Made by a program: the position numbers and the translations under genes
Shown here: positions 37,701 to 52,800 of the stretch, in pieces
Layout: each line of letters starts with the position of its first letter
Numbering within the stretch: the first letter of the stretch is position 1
Source of the DNA: Ophelia neglecta
Taxonomy: Eukaryota
NCBI GenBank assembly: GCA_965285935.1
Contig: OZ260664.1
Coordinates: 48,050,001-48,114,000, forward strand
Length of the DNA stretch: 64,000 nt
Direction: 5' to 3'
The notes under the pieces: generated by a model
Told to the model about the DNA's origin: nothing
Seen by the model: only the letters and a program-made list of their open reading frames with translations
Database searches by the model: none

Positions 37701-40700
37701 AAATATGAAAAAATTGCTTCGTAATGACAGGAACTTGCTAAGCTAGAGTTCCCTTTTAACTGTTTATCTGAATCATTAAAATGGAGTTCTTTACTTTTCT
37801 AAGGGAGGCCTTTTAAATCAGATTTATATCCATTTTACTTGTAACAATTGTAACAGGCAAGATATTTTTCCAACAATTAACCATCACAATTATGAGATCA
37901 TTATTATTACCAGCTCTTTATTAAATGTATACCAAAAGCAAGCACCAAAAGCAGGCACATGATTTTTCATTATCATGTTGTTTACCACATACATATTAAA
38001 AACCCCAATGTGGTGCAAGTAAATCTCTGAGCAAACTCTGAATAAAACTTGTACAAATGGAAAAATTCCATTTTTTTTCAAATACAGAATTTAAGTTTGG
38101 CCAAAAACACAACTTTTGTTCCATGAACAGCCATAATGATGGGATCGGTTATGAAATTTAAACAGCCAACAACTACTGATCACGCTAAGTTTAGTCGCTT
38201 GACGCTGTTTTGCGTATACTATGCAAAGTTTACAAGGGAATTACATGACATATCAAAGTTAAGAACAAAGATCAGCCATGACAGGGAATAAGGTCTGTTT
38301 TATGGTAAAATTCATTTGTTTTCCACTGATGTGTCATGAAAAGTGACAAAAAAAAGAAAGTGGTAAGTATTGCTAATCAAGTATAAGTTGTATGGACAAA
38401 TGAATCTGACATATCATGATATGCATATCATTGATACATATTGGTAATATACTATATCCCTCAATATGTACATGTATAGCAATACATATCATACCATATA
38501 TTTGGCTGATCAATAACCACCACTATGCACAGTTTTTTTTAGAAGGAAATCCATGGGGCAAAGCCCTAATTTATGGGTACATGTATAAACATGCACATAA
38601 GATACTTTATAAATAATAAACAGATCCTCTGATTCATTTATAATACTACAACCTGTTAAATGACTTTAATACCTAGATCATGGCCAGGAAACTAATCTGC
38701 ACTTTATAAATGCAGTCTTAAAGACGCTTTGTCCATTCAATATTAGGCTTTAATATGCCTTACCTCCCATTGCACAAGCGCAGTTTTGAAGGTAAGGGTC
38801 GTTAGGCTATCAGGGATAACTCGTTTAAATCAAATAGCAGTGCCTACAACGCCCAGAGATTAATAGAGTTTACACAGAGATAATCACAGCAGTGTCTGTC
38901 AACAAATGTTTGTTTGTTACATATTTCTACTATCAGTGATTGATGAGGGATTGCTGACCCTTAGTGTTATTTTATATAACATGTTAGTCATGCAAGGATG
39001 TTCTTCAAGTGCAATAACTATTTGATGGTCATTCAGACTATTTGCAATGGAAATTTTTAAAGAAGCTTCATATTTTTCATACTGTGTACTTGAATTAGCC
39101 TGTGCTACACATGACAGGTGCCCCCATTCGTACTTATTTGTTCATCACATCTTCACCTGAAGTGTCTCTTTATTAGGCTAAAATTCACTTCCTGTTGGCA
39201 TATCATTCAAAAGTTTCAGATCTTAAGAAGTCAAAACAAGGGAGTAAACCACAGAGGCCAATATAAAGATGCCAAGCATGCAGTTTCTTGTTATTTTCTT
39301 ATTAGGTTCTTAAAACTTAAGCACTTGTTTAGCTACTGAAATACTGAATGCAGCCCAGTATGTGGCCTACACCATAGTGCTGATCTGATGCTATATTGAG
39401 AGTGAGCCCCAGTGACCCAATGCAATATTAACTCTCTTCTGGTCAATATAGCTGCAATTCTTTAGTTAACCCAGGAGATAACTTGTCTTTAATATCAGTC
39501 ATATTATCTTTCCAAGGTTCTAGCTATCTGAGGAAAGAGCAAAGTAGGAGTGTTCAAAATCGATGTGGGTAATTCTAAATAATTTTCAATTGTATCTGTG
39601 GTTAATCAAAATTACTTCTTTTTCCCAGAAGTTCCGGCAAGGTGATTAAATATTTACAAAAACAATATATGTCAAACACCTAATCTTCTAATACTAAATG
39701 TAGCCCATTGAATTTCCATTCATGAAGCAAAATTTATAAGGGTACCCCTATCAAATAAATTAACTATTCCCATTCACAAAGAACCTTTGCAGGTGCTTCT
39801 CTGATGGGTGTATTTGCAACCATATGTACTATGCTATCATTTAAACAATGATCATCCTTAGTCTGTATTCTCTTAAAAAGGAATAACTCTGGAAATACAG
39901 ATCTTTTCCACCAGTATATATAATGTTGTACAATAATTATACCATTGAACCTTATTGTAACTTCTTAAGATCAGACCAACAGAACAAAAATAAAAGAATA
40001 AGAATGAAACCTCTCTCTCTCCCCCCCCCCCCAAATCACCATTTTAAAGAGAATGGCGCTGAAAGACTATTGTAGGGTTGAGTAAAGGACTCAGGGTTAA
40101 CATTCAAACGGTGTTACGTTCTCATGCTTAAATGCTGGCTGTTTGTATGGTCATTGTTAATGATGGTAATTTCATATTCAGGATCCTTATAGTAATACAC
40201 ACATTGTGGGTATATAATCTGCCAATAAAAATGCAGTTAGTACTGGCACTCCTTCTTTTAAAAGTTAAAGCCAAAAAAATTTTTTATGAAGAGTGTCAAT
40301 GGTAAAGATAGGCATGTTCACAAATGTAGACTTATGAGTTTATCCTTATGTGGCGATTACTTGTAATCCCCTGCCCCGACAGATATATAGGGGAAATTCC
40401 TTTATGATAACTAACTTGCCAGAACTCCCCCAGAAATTTTTCCAGAAGAAAAAAGAAGGTAGCAGTGTTCTTATTGCCCCATGATACTGAAGCAGAAATG
40501 TCTAGAATGGATCTCCGAAATTCCCAGCAATCTCCCTGTAAAGCTCCTGTCAATTTCGGGGATTTCCCCACACACTAACCCTGCAACTGGAAACTTGGTG
40601 AATGTCTCTAGGTATTGGGGTAAGGTAAAGTTGGAAACCATAAGGAATTGCCCCAGAAAAAACTCTTTATCCCCAATGTGTGTCCCAGGGATGGAGGTTA

Positions 40701-41446
40701 CAATTTATCCCTGCTTTATGCATTAGTCACTTGTTGTCGACACCATCAGACCCCCAGGGCCAATTGGCAATCTACGGGGGAAGTATCTTTACTGTATCCC
40801 AGGCCCAGGTTTGCTAGGGAATAATGCCTATTTACCTTTATATTCTTTACAGGGGGATATATCATGGATTCACCACATAGAGAATAGAGATACACATATA
40901 CCCACAGCATGCCTTTGTGGAGATTATTAAAGCTAATGCAATAACTTCTGCGATTTTTATTAGTAAATTTCACTTACAGCTTCGGGTGTGTGTGTGAATG
41001 TGGGCGGGGGGGGGGGGGGGGGGAGTGGGGTGAGAGAGCAATAATTGACTATATAGTGCATAATATTATATAATGGTTGATAAAATAAAAAACTATATAT
41101 TTCACGTAAATTTTACCTACATTATTAAAATAAGAACCTAGCCACAAGAACACACTGTGCCGATACTCGAGAATTTTATAAACTGACGAACATTTCCTTG
41201 GTGACTAACACTCTGGTTATGTTAATGACGTTACCAAAAACAGTACTGTACACTAGAGTCTATATCACTGAAACAGTTGAATGCACATACCCGAACCATT
41301 TTGAAGTCAGATGTGTCGTTCAATTTCGTCCATACTGTAGTTCCATTTTTGTTGTACTCTTGTTTCCAATCGTTACTACATTGGCACAATTTCTTGAGTT
41401 TTTCAAAGTCTGCATCCTCGGCAACTCTTACTTCTCCTACCTCCAT
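31779..41446 (-). CDS. STARD10: START-domain lipid transfer protein, STARD10/PCTP-like, 7 coding exons, 269 aa
   Basis: Exons (minus): 41446-41291, 37466-37319, 34468-34365, 33856-33727, 33463-33411, 32254-32128, 31870-31779 (TGA); GT-AG, 810 nt in frame. Motifs [64 protein letters not shown] and the acidic tail EGSDDEL match the STARD10 subfamily. Confidence 0.92.
36051..36271. repeat. 107-bp tandem duplication bounded by poly-C tracts
   Basis: ACCACGTTTGGGATAAATAGGG...GCCTCAAGACAC starts at 36066 and again at 36173, with two substitutions. Confidence 0.85.
40346..41062. mobile_element. Two adjacent degenerate MITEs (TTATGCA..AGTCA.TTGT type termini)
   Basis: TTGTAATCCCC...GGAGGTTACAA (40346-40717) and TTATGCATTAGTCA...TGACTATATAGTGCATAA (40717-41062). 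Confidence 0.5.
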
Positions 41447-41589
41447 TTTAGGCACTTCTCAATGCGTATCTCACTGACAGGTTTTGTTTGAAGTCCACTC
41501 TCTGTTTGCCAAACTACAATATTGCTGCCGCGTACCAATTTATGTTATGTCGTGAATATTGTCGTGAAAAGCAACGGAGCAAATTATAT

Positions 41590-41604
41590 TGCATTGTGGG
41601 ATAG
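41590..41604 (-). promoter_or_regulatory. ZNF143/Staf (SBS)-like motif in the CpG-rich STARD10 promoter
   Basis: Minus strand CTATCCCACAATGCA resembles the SBS core TCCCA(C/G)AATGC; ~150 nt upstream of the ATG in a CpG-rich stretch. Motif match only. Confidence 0.45.
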
Positions 41605-43002
41605 AAAAAGAGCGCCACGGCAGTATCCGGTTTCGTACGGCGCCTCCCGGCGTGTGGCAAAACTGTCAACACGCACTAGGGTAGCTTAGGGTGGAAAATT
41701 CGTATACCAGCATATAGAAAACCGCTGGCCTCAAGGCATAAGGGCCCTCCGTCCCGCTGCCCACTGTTACTTTAATTGCAATCAGGTTTTATGGCAAGAA
41801 ATCTAATGAGAAATATACTCATGACCTCCCCACCTGCACCTTGCACCTCGGCGTTAAATTAAAATAGCTGCTTAGGCCTAGGGTTGCCAAACTAATACAT
41901 GGAATAGGTACAAAAAGCATTTGGTCTCAGACGCCTCCAGCTAAAAGACATCAAATATGGCCAAAAAGTATAGGAAAAGTTAAATTTCAATTTATTTGTT
42001 ATTTTTTTGCCAAAAGAAAATTCGTAAAAAACGTTTATATCTACTATTTTCCTGTCATTGGGAGGTCTATAGGATATGATCGCAACCAGTCAATTAAGAA
42101 CTTTACAGGCTGATCTGTTATTAATATTCAACCAGCGGAAAGTGGCATCAGAACAGATATCCACTAAGTACAAACGCGGTCTACGGATCGTTGCTGTGCA
42201 GATCGTTGCCACCAACATACACCCAGTGTACTTTGTTTTAGACTAATCTCAACTTATTTAATTATCAGCATAGCCAGCTCAGAGGCCTATAAAATACATG
42301 TAGTGATAAGCAACGGGAAAGAATATATTGAATCACTTTATTGTATTGAACTATAATGTCTGTTTGAGTCAGTCATGTATATCCATTAGAAAAAAATAGA
42401 CATTTAATATCAGAGATTGATTCGCGGACTACGGCCTACAGTGTATATATTTTCGGCCCTTACATGTGGCCCATGCCCTAAACAAAACGTCGAGAAAACG
42501 GTAAAGTTGGGAATCCAAAGTAAGATATATGACCATGACCAAGCAATGTAAAGCCATACCATATCCGAATTGCAAATTTGTCGGCCAGATAATAGTCCGA
42601 ATTAAATTGCTAAGGAAGTGAGGATTTTTTTTACGTCTTTTAATGGTCCTAACATGTTCTTGAGGAAATGTATATATTTAAGTCACTAGATCTATAGACT
42701 TTATAATTGCCAATTGCAATCAAACTGAAAGTTTAGATATATGCCATACCATAATATGATACATTGTATACTGCTATCCCTAGATAGTGACAAAATGAAA
42801 CACTTTGACAATGAATTGGTTCAGGTACTTTGTTTCAAACAGTCATAATGCCAAAGCCATCCACGATGGCGTGACCACATGTTACTCCTATGAGTGAATG
42901 TATCAAAAAGTAACATGTGTTCGGCATCATCAATGAAAGGAAAAAAAGAAACAAACAAACATATTGATACATTAATCCAAACTTTCAAGTATTAACGAAT
43001 TG

Positions 43003-43174
43003 CCAATTGTGGCACACGAAAGGGCAAATGAATCGGCAAATGGTTATTGTTTTCATTATTATCGAGGGAAAGGTAAAATCAGAATTCGGCGGATGTGTTT
43101 GGAGAGTAAAGGAGGATACTACAAGATGTCCAGGCCACACATGGCGAGACTCATCTGCCCTTTTGGTCTAATTG
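43003..43174. mobile_element. Small MITE-like inverted repeat in the STARD10-PGM2 intergenic region
   Basis: CAATT...AAAGGGCAAATGAATC versus GACTCATCTGCCCTTTT...AATTG. Confidence 0.4.
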
Positions 43175-43819
43175 ATTTTGCAGTATACGTATGCATGGGC
43201 AATTATGTAATTTCAAGTATTGGTATGATGAATGTAGTAATAAAACCAGTTTTATTTTGTAATTAAATTAGATCACTCTCTGATTCCAGAAGATATCAAT
43301 ATTTTATGTAACACAATTATAGGTCAAATAGAGATAATGTATACAAGTATATATTTAAAAAAAAGAAAAAGGTTTGTAAATGAATACTAGAATGAAGCCT
43401 ATAACTACAGAAGGATTAATGCACTAACTAAAAGCGCAAAAACAAAAAAATATAAACTTTGACGTTTATTCTTAAGCGCACTTACTGAATGTCTCCACAT
43501 GCGTCTGACAGAAGCATTTTTGTGTGTATACTACTTGCTATAATTGCCGAAAGAAAGTGCATGCACAGTAGTAAGTAATCGATAGTTGTCGGGTTATTCC
43601 GGTTTGAACTGGTCGAGCCGCGTTTGTCCTTCGCATTTAATGTTTACGACATCGCAACAGCCTGTTGACTACCCTGGGCCCCGATAGGTGTCCTGTTGAC
43701 ATTAAGTTGTCATTTTACGTCCTTTACACGTGGAGTAAAAGGACATTCATTTTACATATGCGCTTAGCATTTACTTTGACAACCCACCCACGTATTTCAT
43801 CATATAAGAATTCGTAGTC

Positions 43820-46800
43820 ATGGCTGAAAAACTCACAGGAGTGGATGAAATTGACACCAAAGTGAATGAATGGTTGCTTTGGGACAAGGTTTGTGGTTCA
43901 TTAGAAATTTCTGATAAACCTGATGCATGTCAACATGTATGTAAACAAACAGAGGTGATACTATAAACATGACACTATAATTTATCACTCCCCGGTCACT
44001 GTCACTTCTTGGTTTTGACACGGTCTACATTATCACGGGTTCATTAGCTGATCATACAACCTATGTGGACTTGTCAAAAGCAATCCCCCGACTCTAACCT
44101 GTGGAATGCGTAGGACACCTGGGTCCTGTTTCAGTGTCTCTGCTGTCTGCTCTGCTCCCATAGATGGCAGTAGCAATAGAGGACAGAGAACAGGAATACC
44201 TCAACACCCAATATTATCAACTTGCCTACCCTGCAGCCTGCTCTTATACCCTCAGACCCTTATACATGTACTACCTGATATGAGGTCTGTCCCACATTAA
44301 AAATTTCACCAGAAATCGACAAAAACTCTGTAGACACGCCCCCAATGCTGATTGGCTCACTGATGAGGGTACTGGGGCATGCACAATATTTACAAAAAGA
44401 AAGGTTGTATAGGAACTCCCAGTGTGTGTATTGGACAAATGTTGAGTTACACTCAATTTACACAAGAGTATCAAATATATCAATCAGAACATCATCAAAA
44501 GTCATGTGGCTAATGAGATTTATTTATCAACAGCAGTCAACGGTTTTCAACTATCATAAATTTTAGGTTCTGTCCAACCATGTGTATCCACTAAGCGTGC
44601 TAAATTAACCTGTCAATAATCTAAAGAGATTACATTCAGCATAGCACATTTATAATGCACATATCTTTAAAAAGCTCCTAGCCTGTGAAATATATCTCTC
44701 TGTTTACTGAAAAGCATTTAAGTATTCTTCACCATAAATATAACAAGGCCTTATGTCTGTTATTTTATAGACAAATCAGGCTTTGTGCCTGATGGCCTGC
44801 TAGTTAGCTCTTTTGTTACTTGGTAGCTAGCATCTAATACTTGTGAATTTTTTTTTGACGCTCAATGGGTACTGCAAAGCAAAAATGTAAAGAAAAAACT
44901 GCTCACAGTGGCTGTAAAGTCAATAGAGTGTATTATGTAACTTTGTTTCCATCTGTGAGCGGAGTAATATTTAATGGAATGACTTGGAAACCTTGAACTT
45001 AACCTTTGATCGGTTGAAAACGGGGTACTATGTCTGGGAACATTGGGTTAAAAAGGCAGTGCTCACACTGAAAGTAGATCTAACTATTGTCATCTATATT
45101 ACAGAATGAGAAAACACGCTCGGAACTTCTGGAGCTTATTCAAAAGCAGAATGTTAATGAACTTCGGAAAAGACTGTGTAATAGGATGGAATTTGGAACT
45201 GCAGGTGAGAATATCAATCTATACCCTTCCAATTTGTGGTAGTGCATGGAGTCCTAATCCACATTAAGACACGTAATTGGCAAGCAATCAACATGACATG
45301 ACATTGAGCTTTTATAATATCGGGATTTCAAGCCCAGGTAATCAGGGGAAAAGATTGTGTGAGGAAGAAAATAACCGTTCATCATGTAAATCACCGTACT
45401 ACTACACTGATAGCAGTGTCTACAATTAGTAAAGAAAGGTTAGACTCAAGCAGTGTCATGCTTGTATATCAATATACATATAGATCTTAATACAAGGTGT
45501 AAAATATTATGCCTGACATAAAAGTTTGAATGTATTGTAATGGCCGAGCCTTTAGGCGAGAGCCATTGCAAAGGATGAGAACTTTATGACTGAAAAATGA
45601 CCTAGTGCAGCTCTCAGGGGAATCAGAGAATGGTCTAATATTAGGGAATGTCCTGAATTATATTTATAAAAAATGCATGTATGGAAGAAAGAACCAAATC
45701 AGTTTTTGTCTTGATTTGCCAAAATTAAATTTGATGTGGCCATGTGGTATGTAAACTCCAAAATGAATGCCAATCGTTAATGGCTGTTTAAAGTCTTGAT
45801 GTGTATTAGCTTTTGAGCAATGTGCTTTTTCTGCTTTTCAAGAAGTTCATTTGCAGTTCATAAACTATTTAATCCCGTAAGTTGTTTAATATTTTTCATC
45901 CTATTTATAGGCCTAAGAGCGCCGATGGGTGCAGGAAATTCTAGGATGAATGACTTGACTATCATACAAACTACCCAGGTAAACTGATAACATAAATCAA
46001 TAAAAATGGTCATGAGAAGTTACTTTGTTGTCCCCTGTCAAACAACATGGAGGGCATAGTCATGCTGATTGCCCGTCTTGGGGGTGGGGGGGGGTGGCAT
46101 GTGTTTCTAAATACCCTGTTTTGAATTTTGTCATGTGTGCCCCTTCCGTCAAACATGTCTCATGCCTCAATATGTTGTTCATATACATATCAATGTTCCT
46201 ACCAATACTTTTCGTGATATTAGTTTAAATCAATATATCAGGCATAAATTAACCATCAATATTTTAATTTCCTGATCGATTTTATTAAACAAATGTAATT
46301 ACTTTCTCATTCAGGGCTTTGCTAAATACATGTTGAAGACCACACCCAGTGTGACAGACAGAGGGGTTGTCATTGGATACGATGCCAGACATAACAGTCA
46401 CAGGTGATCATTGTAAAGTTTTGTACTGATTAGCAAAATGGTACTTTGATGATTAAAATTAAAATGTCATTATTATAGTAATATTCAGGCACTGTGAATA
46501 CTGGATAATTGTTTTATTTCAGATTTGCTTGGTTGACAGCAACGGTGTTGGTTAATGAAGGGATTCCAGTATATCTCTACTCACAAATATGCCCAACACC
46601 TTATGTAGTAAGTGAAAACTGCAACAATCTTGAAACTTAATTTGTAAGAAAAGGCAGGGGCATGGTGAATCTCAAACAAATGTGTATTATTAATTTTTAT
46701 TTGTACAAATGCAATGCTTATCGGATAGTGTTACCCTTTTTTCTTTATAGCCGTATGGTGTGCTCAATCTGAAAACAGACTGGGGAATTATGGTGACTGC

Positions 46801-49800
46801 CTCACATAACCCAAAAGAAGACAATGGTTACAAGGTACAGTTAAATTGCAGTCCCAATAAAAGTAAAAAAAATTCTGTCCTATAAACAAAAAAATTGTAT
46901 GTTGGTTTTAATTGTAAAACAAAATACCTAACAGCAATTTCTGGTTGTTTTGCAGGTTTATTTCAAGAATGGAAGTCAAGTAAGCACCCCATTTTTATTA
47001 ATGTTTTTGAAGCTAAAGCCTGGGGCTGCATTCAGAGCCTATAGGAAACCAAATATTTGTATTTTTTATAGGTTTCTCTGATATGAACATAATGTGCATT
47101 TTCAAGCTGACATCACAGAAATCATGATTTCTGCCTTTATTTTAACAAATATACCCTAGAACCTAATTGAGGGCCAGTGGGGAACCACAAATTACGACAT
47201 TGAGTTTTCAGATTTGACCTTATTGACATTTTCAAGGTTAAATCTTGTTTTGATCAAACTTCTCAATCCCCAACTGTTCCTACCTAACTCCCCATCCTCA
47301 CCAAAAGGCATACAACTATTTGTATTTAAGTTCCATCTCTTATGTGACTGTATGAAAACATGCCTGTATCTTAATTCTGGCCCAAATTGTAATATTTGTA
47401 TAAATTTAAAACCGATTCATGTTGTGTTTTTGCAGATTATTTCGCCCCATGACTCTGGCATTGCTCTGTGCATTGAAAATAATCTGGAGCCTCTCCCCTC
47501 CTCTTGGAACACAGATATAATCAACTCCAGTGACCTAAGGAAAGATCCCTACCAACTGATGCACACATCATATATGAAAGATGTGAAGATACTGTCATAC
47601 CATATGTGAGTGATATATTAAATGTTGCCGCCAATTATATGGCTACATGGCTATAGCTTGCAAATAAATTGTGAATAATAATATTTACTTGTCATTGACA
47701 TTGTGTTTTTACAGGGAAGACAACCAGGAGACACCCTTGAAATTCACCTACACAGCCATGCATGGAGTGGGCTATCAATTCATTGTAGAAGCTTTGAAAG
47801 CCTTCAACTTCAAACCCTGTATACCTGTAATTGAGCAGGTAAATGATTGCCATTTACAAACACTTCATCAAGAACTTGTTCTAAAGTAGACAACTTTGTA
47901 CCACTTGACTTACATTTGTCGTACTTTACTTTAAATTCTGACTTGAAGTCATTCAGATTGAATAGAAAGTAGAATTTTCTATAGGAGAAACCGTATCAAG
48001 TGGGGAGGACCTTTTCGCATCGTACATAAGGTCTGAGAGTGGGTACAATACTGGCTGCTCTAAACCATTTATTTAATTACATTTTCCACAGATTTGTTTT
48101 CTGTGCCAATCCTTTTTTGAACATTCCCTGTCATATTACTTTCTTTCAGGTTGAGCCTGATCCAGAGTTTCCAACTGTAAAATACCCAAACCCAGAGGAA
48201 GGAAAAGCTGCTTTGGTAGAGGATAATATACTTTGTTTTCTATTCATTTATGGTTTAATCTGTTATGCCAGTGTTGGAGTTAACAGTCAATTTTACATCA
48301 GTATGTCCTATGTGTCTGGGGAAAAAAATAAATGCTCAGGGTCATTCCATTAACAGTCATTATTCTCATCTTTTATCAAGTTCTCAGAATTAACCAAGGA
48401 GTGCCTATAGAAGGTCAGATAATCACAATCATGAATTTTGGCTGTATTTTAAAAGTGAGAGCCTATAACTCTAGGGAGAGTCTGTAGAAAACCTCTTGCT
48501 TTACAGGTGATCAAGTTGTAAGGCTGTGCTCTCTTGTTATAACTAAGTTAGGTGTGAAAACTTCTGAAAAAATGTCTACTATCCCTTGTTATAGAGGGGA
48601 AGCATGCTTTTTCAAATTTGTTATCGATTAGTTTTACACCTTCTGAAAAAATGTCTACTATCCCTTGTTATAGAGGGGAAGCATGCATTTTCAAATTTCC
48701 TGTGTTCATTAATATTGTTGCTGTTTTCTTGACCAACATTGTTTGATAGGAACCCCTGTGTATTTGGGGCAAGACTAGACTACTGAATGAGGGCTATAAT
48801 CACCATTTTCAGAGATTTATGAAGAAATCATCTTATCATCAAAGTACCATTTTCTAATCAGTGCTTTTTAGTTGGACTGTTGTAAGTTATAGCCTTCCCA
48901 TGAATGCTTTTTAGGAAATATGTACTATTGGTGTTTTGCCAATCAGCTTTAGGTCAAATAGAGGGAAAAAGCCCAAATGTCCTTAAAGTGTTAGTGTGTA
49001 ATTAAAATGTGAAACAAAAGTGTCTTGTATTAATATACTATTACTTCATAATCATATTTTTAGGAATTGGCCATGAAAACAGCTGATGAAAACAACAGCA
49101 CTGTGATATTAGCCAATGATCCTGATGCAGACAGACTGGCCGTAGCAGAAAAGCAACCGGAGTAAGTTTGTTTTAGCGTTTAGGTATCATAATACTACAG
49201 CTATGACAGAAGACAAAACACTGGGTTGACAGATCATAATAGTACAGTGGTTTCATAATAATACAGCATTGAAAAATACCAGCTTCACAGTTTTGTACTA
49301 CAATGTAGTTTAAGCTGTAGTGATGTTCACAGTATTAGTGTTGGCTTTGGTGGTACATTCTTAACCAGCGCAGAAAGTGAATCCTCCCCAGATAAGAATA
49401 CTCAGATTTATCAGGTTAATAAAGAGAAAATGTGGAATGCCACCATGGTTGTCCACCAAATGAATATTTGTGCGGTTTGCCAATATTTTGCCTAATAAAA
49501 GTACTATTGTAATGCGTACATAGTAGCCTACCGGTGGACTCCAGGTTCTTGTGTGGCCAAGTCCAATATCCAAGTTGTTTTGGACAAATAGTGACAAATG
49601 GGCTATTATTAATGGGCCTGAGATGGCGTAGTTATTTATTTGCGTGCCTGTACTTTCTGAATATCAAAAGCTAACAAGCAAGGGAAATGCCAACAGGCTT
49701 TTTCAATCTTCCTAAATGAAAATGGTAAATGTTAATTATTGCATAAACGTATGAACAAAATTATGATATGCATGCAATATATGCATGCATATAGGTAGGC

Positions 49801-52800
49801 ATGCAGTGGTTAAGGTAATATAAGCCCCTCAATTTGCTGCAGTTTAAGTTTTTCGGGTCTGGTATTTCTTACCTTTTTGTGGCTTTTTATTTCACAGCTT
49901 GGTATTGACTGTATGTATTAATGAAATCTGTGGAAATAAAAATGCATGCTCATTTTACTGTTTTACTGTACTTTACTGTAAATATGTAAATATGCCTAAT
50001 TTTATTTTATGTTGGAGCTGAATACTTTTAGAATTTTTTTCTCTCTCTGTATATTGTAATTTAAACAGCTTATGCTTTCGGAATATATCATGTGTATTAT
50101 AGCTGCATACATAAAAATATAGCATACAGGTTTTCTAAGGCATGGAAAGCCTCTGCTGCATTGAAAATACACTAATAACCGTGTATGTATATATATATAT
50201 ACTAAGGGCTCTTCCATTTGGAAAGGTCGAGTAGGGGGGTGGGAGGGGGGGGAGGAATACCTGCACCCTCAACCACAAAAAAATATCTATACAGTGTGGG
50301 GTTGCAGTTAAATTAAATCAGTCGGGGGAGGGGGGGGGGGAGGGGGGTTCACATTTACTTATTTCTGTGGGGTCATGCAATTTTAAATATTTTGTTGGGG
50401 GAGAGGTTCGCTTAATATAAAAGACGCACTTTGCTTTTGTTTTGTGTCAAAATTCTGTCAAAAAAGCCAGCTAACTACAAGCCACTATGTTCATTCAAGC
50501 CTACCCTGGTGCCCTGTTCATGACACCAGGCTGCTTCCTGTGCCGTCAGTGAAATATCTTCTTTTTTTTTTGCCTACCGAATACCGGGTTCCAAAAGAAA
50601 AACAAGATATGTTGTGCAAAAAAAGCCAATTCCACCCCTCCACCCCAGCCCCACACCTTTTTAAATGGAAGAGCCTGAAACATTAAACATTGCAAACTCT
50701 CTGGTTTCAGTGATACTTGGTGCCTATTTACTGGCAATCAGCTAGGTGCTTTGCTGATCTGGTGGATGATCCACTCATACAAATTAAGCCACCACAGTTA
50801 CAGTGGTAAGAATTGTTGTGAATGGTCACCACATTGTCAGATAGCTTAATACTGTTAACTTGAAAGGTCATACAAGTTAATTAGGTGTTGTCAGGCAGCT
50901 GCGTGCCTGCTTTCCCTTCCGTATTGTTTCTTTAATATTGTTTCATAGTAACTGTTCACTCAGCTGTTAATTACCCTTCGTAGCAGAGGTTAATGCTCTT
51001 GGCACTGCTTCACCATATTATCTGAGAAAAAGATTTTCAGGATTCTTCTTAGAGATATTAACTTCAGACGTTTCCTGGGCTTCTTGGTTCTTTTACAAAC
51101 ACTACAAACAGTTACTTGCTACACTACCTCTGATTCTGGATATGCTGGTCAGTGCGCATGAGGGACAGAAAGAGAAATGCTGGGTCACCAGGAGGTCAAT
51201 AGGGGTGGTCACATATGCAAATTAGATGAGGGAATTCCCCCCAACTGGACTTGGCAGAGTATACAGGCAGAGATTAGGGAGCTCTGCTAGGGAGGGTAGT
51301 GTTTCATTGATACAACAGTGATAAGGCCACTTCCAACCAGTCTGGATATAATAGCTGTGGTTGTCGAGGGGGATGCATGTCTGAAAAAACCTGCACATAG
51401 ACATATAAAAGTCTCTTCTGTCTCTGTTTTCTTTGAAATACCAGAAAATTGGAAAAAAAAACAAAGAACAAGAAATGAAAATAGTCCCCCTGCGTTTAAA
51501 AATATGCTGAATAAAAGCTAGGCGTGTTTATAACTAGAACACTTGTGGTTTAATTTGACAGTAGTTCATCTTTATTAGTTTGTATGGCCTGAACACCTAT
51601 CTTGCTGTTATCTTTTTTACCTTTTTCACCTTGTGTGTGTAGTTATTTTTACCATGTGATGTTACTGCTCTTGATTGCAACATACTGAATAATTTGGATT
51701 TTTAAAAATATTTCATGCAAAAAAAAAGCAGGATCACATTTAATTAAAATATACACATATACAAGTACTCAAGGCAGCAGTAGCATTCACCTTAATATTT
51801 TCAAAGAGGCAACTTGTCATTTATCTTTGTGCATTAACAACAATGGCAGTGAGATTGACACTGACATACATTAAATTATGACCCTCATCTCAAGAAGCTC
51901 ACACCATCTCACCTCATCTCACGATATTGACACCATCTCACCTCATCTAACGATATTGACACCATCTCACCTCATCTCACGATATTGACACCATCTCATC
52001 TCATTTAAAGACACTGAAGTTGCCACGCCTCATTTTATAAAAAACCACCACATCTCATGACACTGACACCATCCCGTCTCAAGACTCTGACATCCCCCCC
52101 TTCCAGGTCATGACACTGATATCACTCTGTCTGATGACACTGAAACCACCGCATCTCAAGACACTTAACGACCCCCATCTCATGACGCTTGACACCACCC
52201 TGTCTAATGACACTGACCTCATTCTGTAATAGACTTAATGCACATGTAAAATAAAGCTAGCATTTATATTTGTTCTAAAGGGAGGTAACTGTATTGTACT
52301 AATCCCTGCATTATAGGGCAGACAATACAATTTAAAAAAAAGAAGAAAAAGAATATTAAGAAAGGAGAACCAATAGGACAAATAAGTATTTCTTTTTGTA
52401 ACTACTTTTACTATCATGTCATTTGAGCCCTAGGATTGGCATTATATATTGTTTTCTAGCACCACTGTTCAATAGAAAAAAGATGAAACTATCTATAACC
52501 TTCTATACATTTCTGGGTATCATAGAATTCCTTTGGTTAATTGCAAGAATATATGTTTGACCTTATTATGGGACATAAACTAAATATATACTTAAAAGTC
52601 ATGATAAATTTAGAAGCTATCAGTGATTCATTTACCCCCAAGTCATCTGAGTCATTTGACTCACAATTTTGAAAAAAAGGACTCACAATCTTGCACCTAC
52701 ACTTAGGCGAGTCCCATGACTCACTAAATTTCATTATGATGACTTTAAAACTACATTGAAGACTCACTAAATTTTCATCATGAATCGATGTTTTTCACCA

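Noticed and set aside
51901-52218. Regularly spaced repeats (CRISPR-like?)
   Set aside because: Head-to-tail minisatellite without unique spacers, in a eukaryotic intron.
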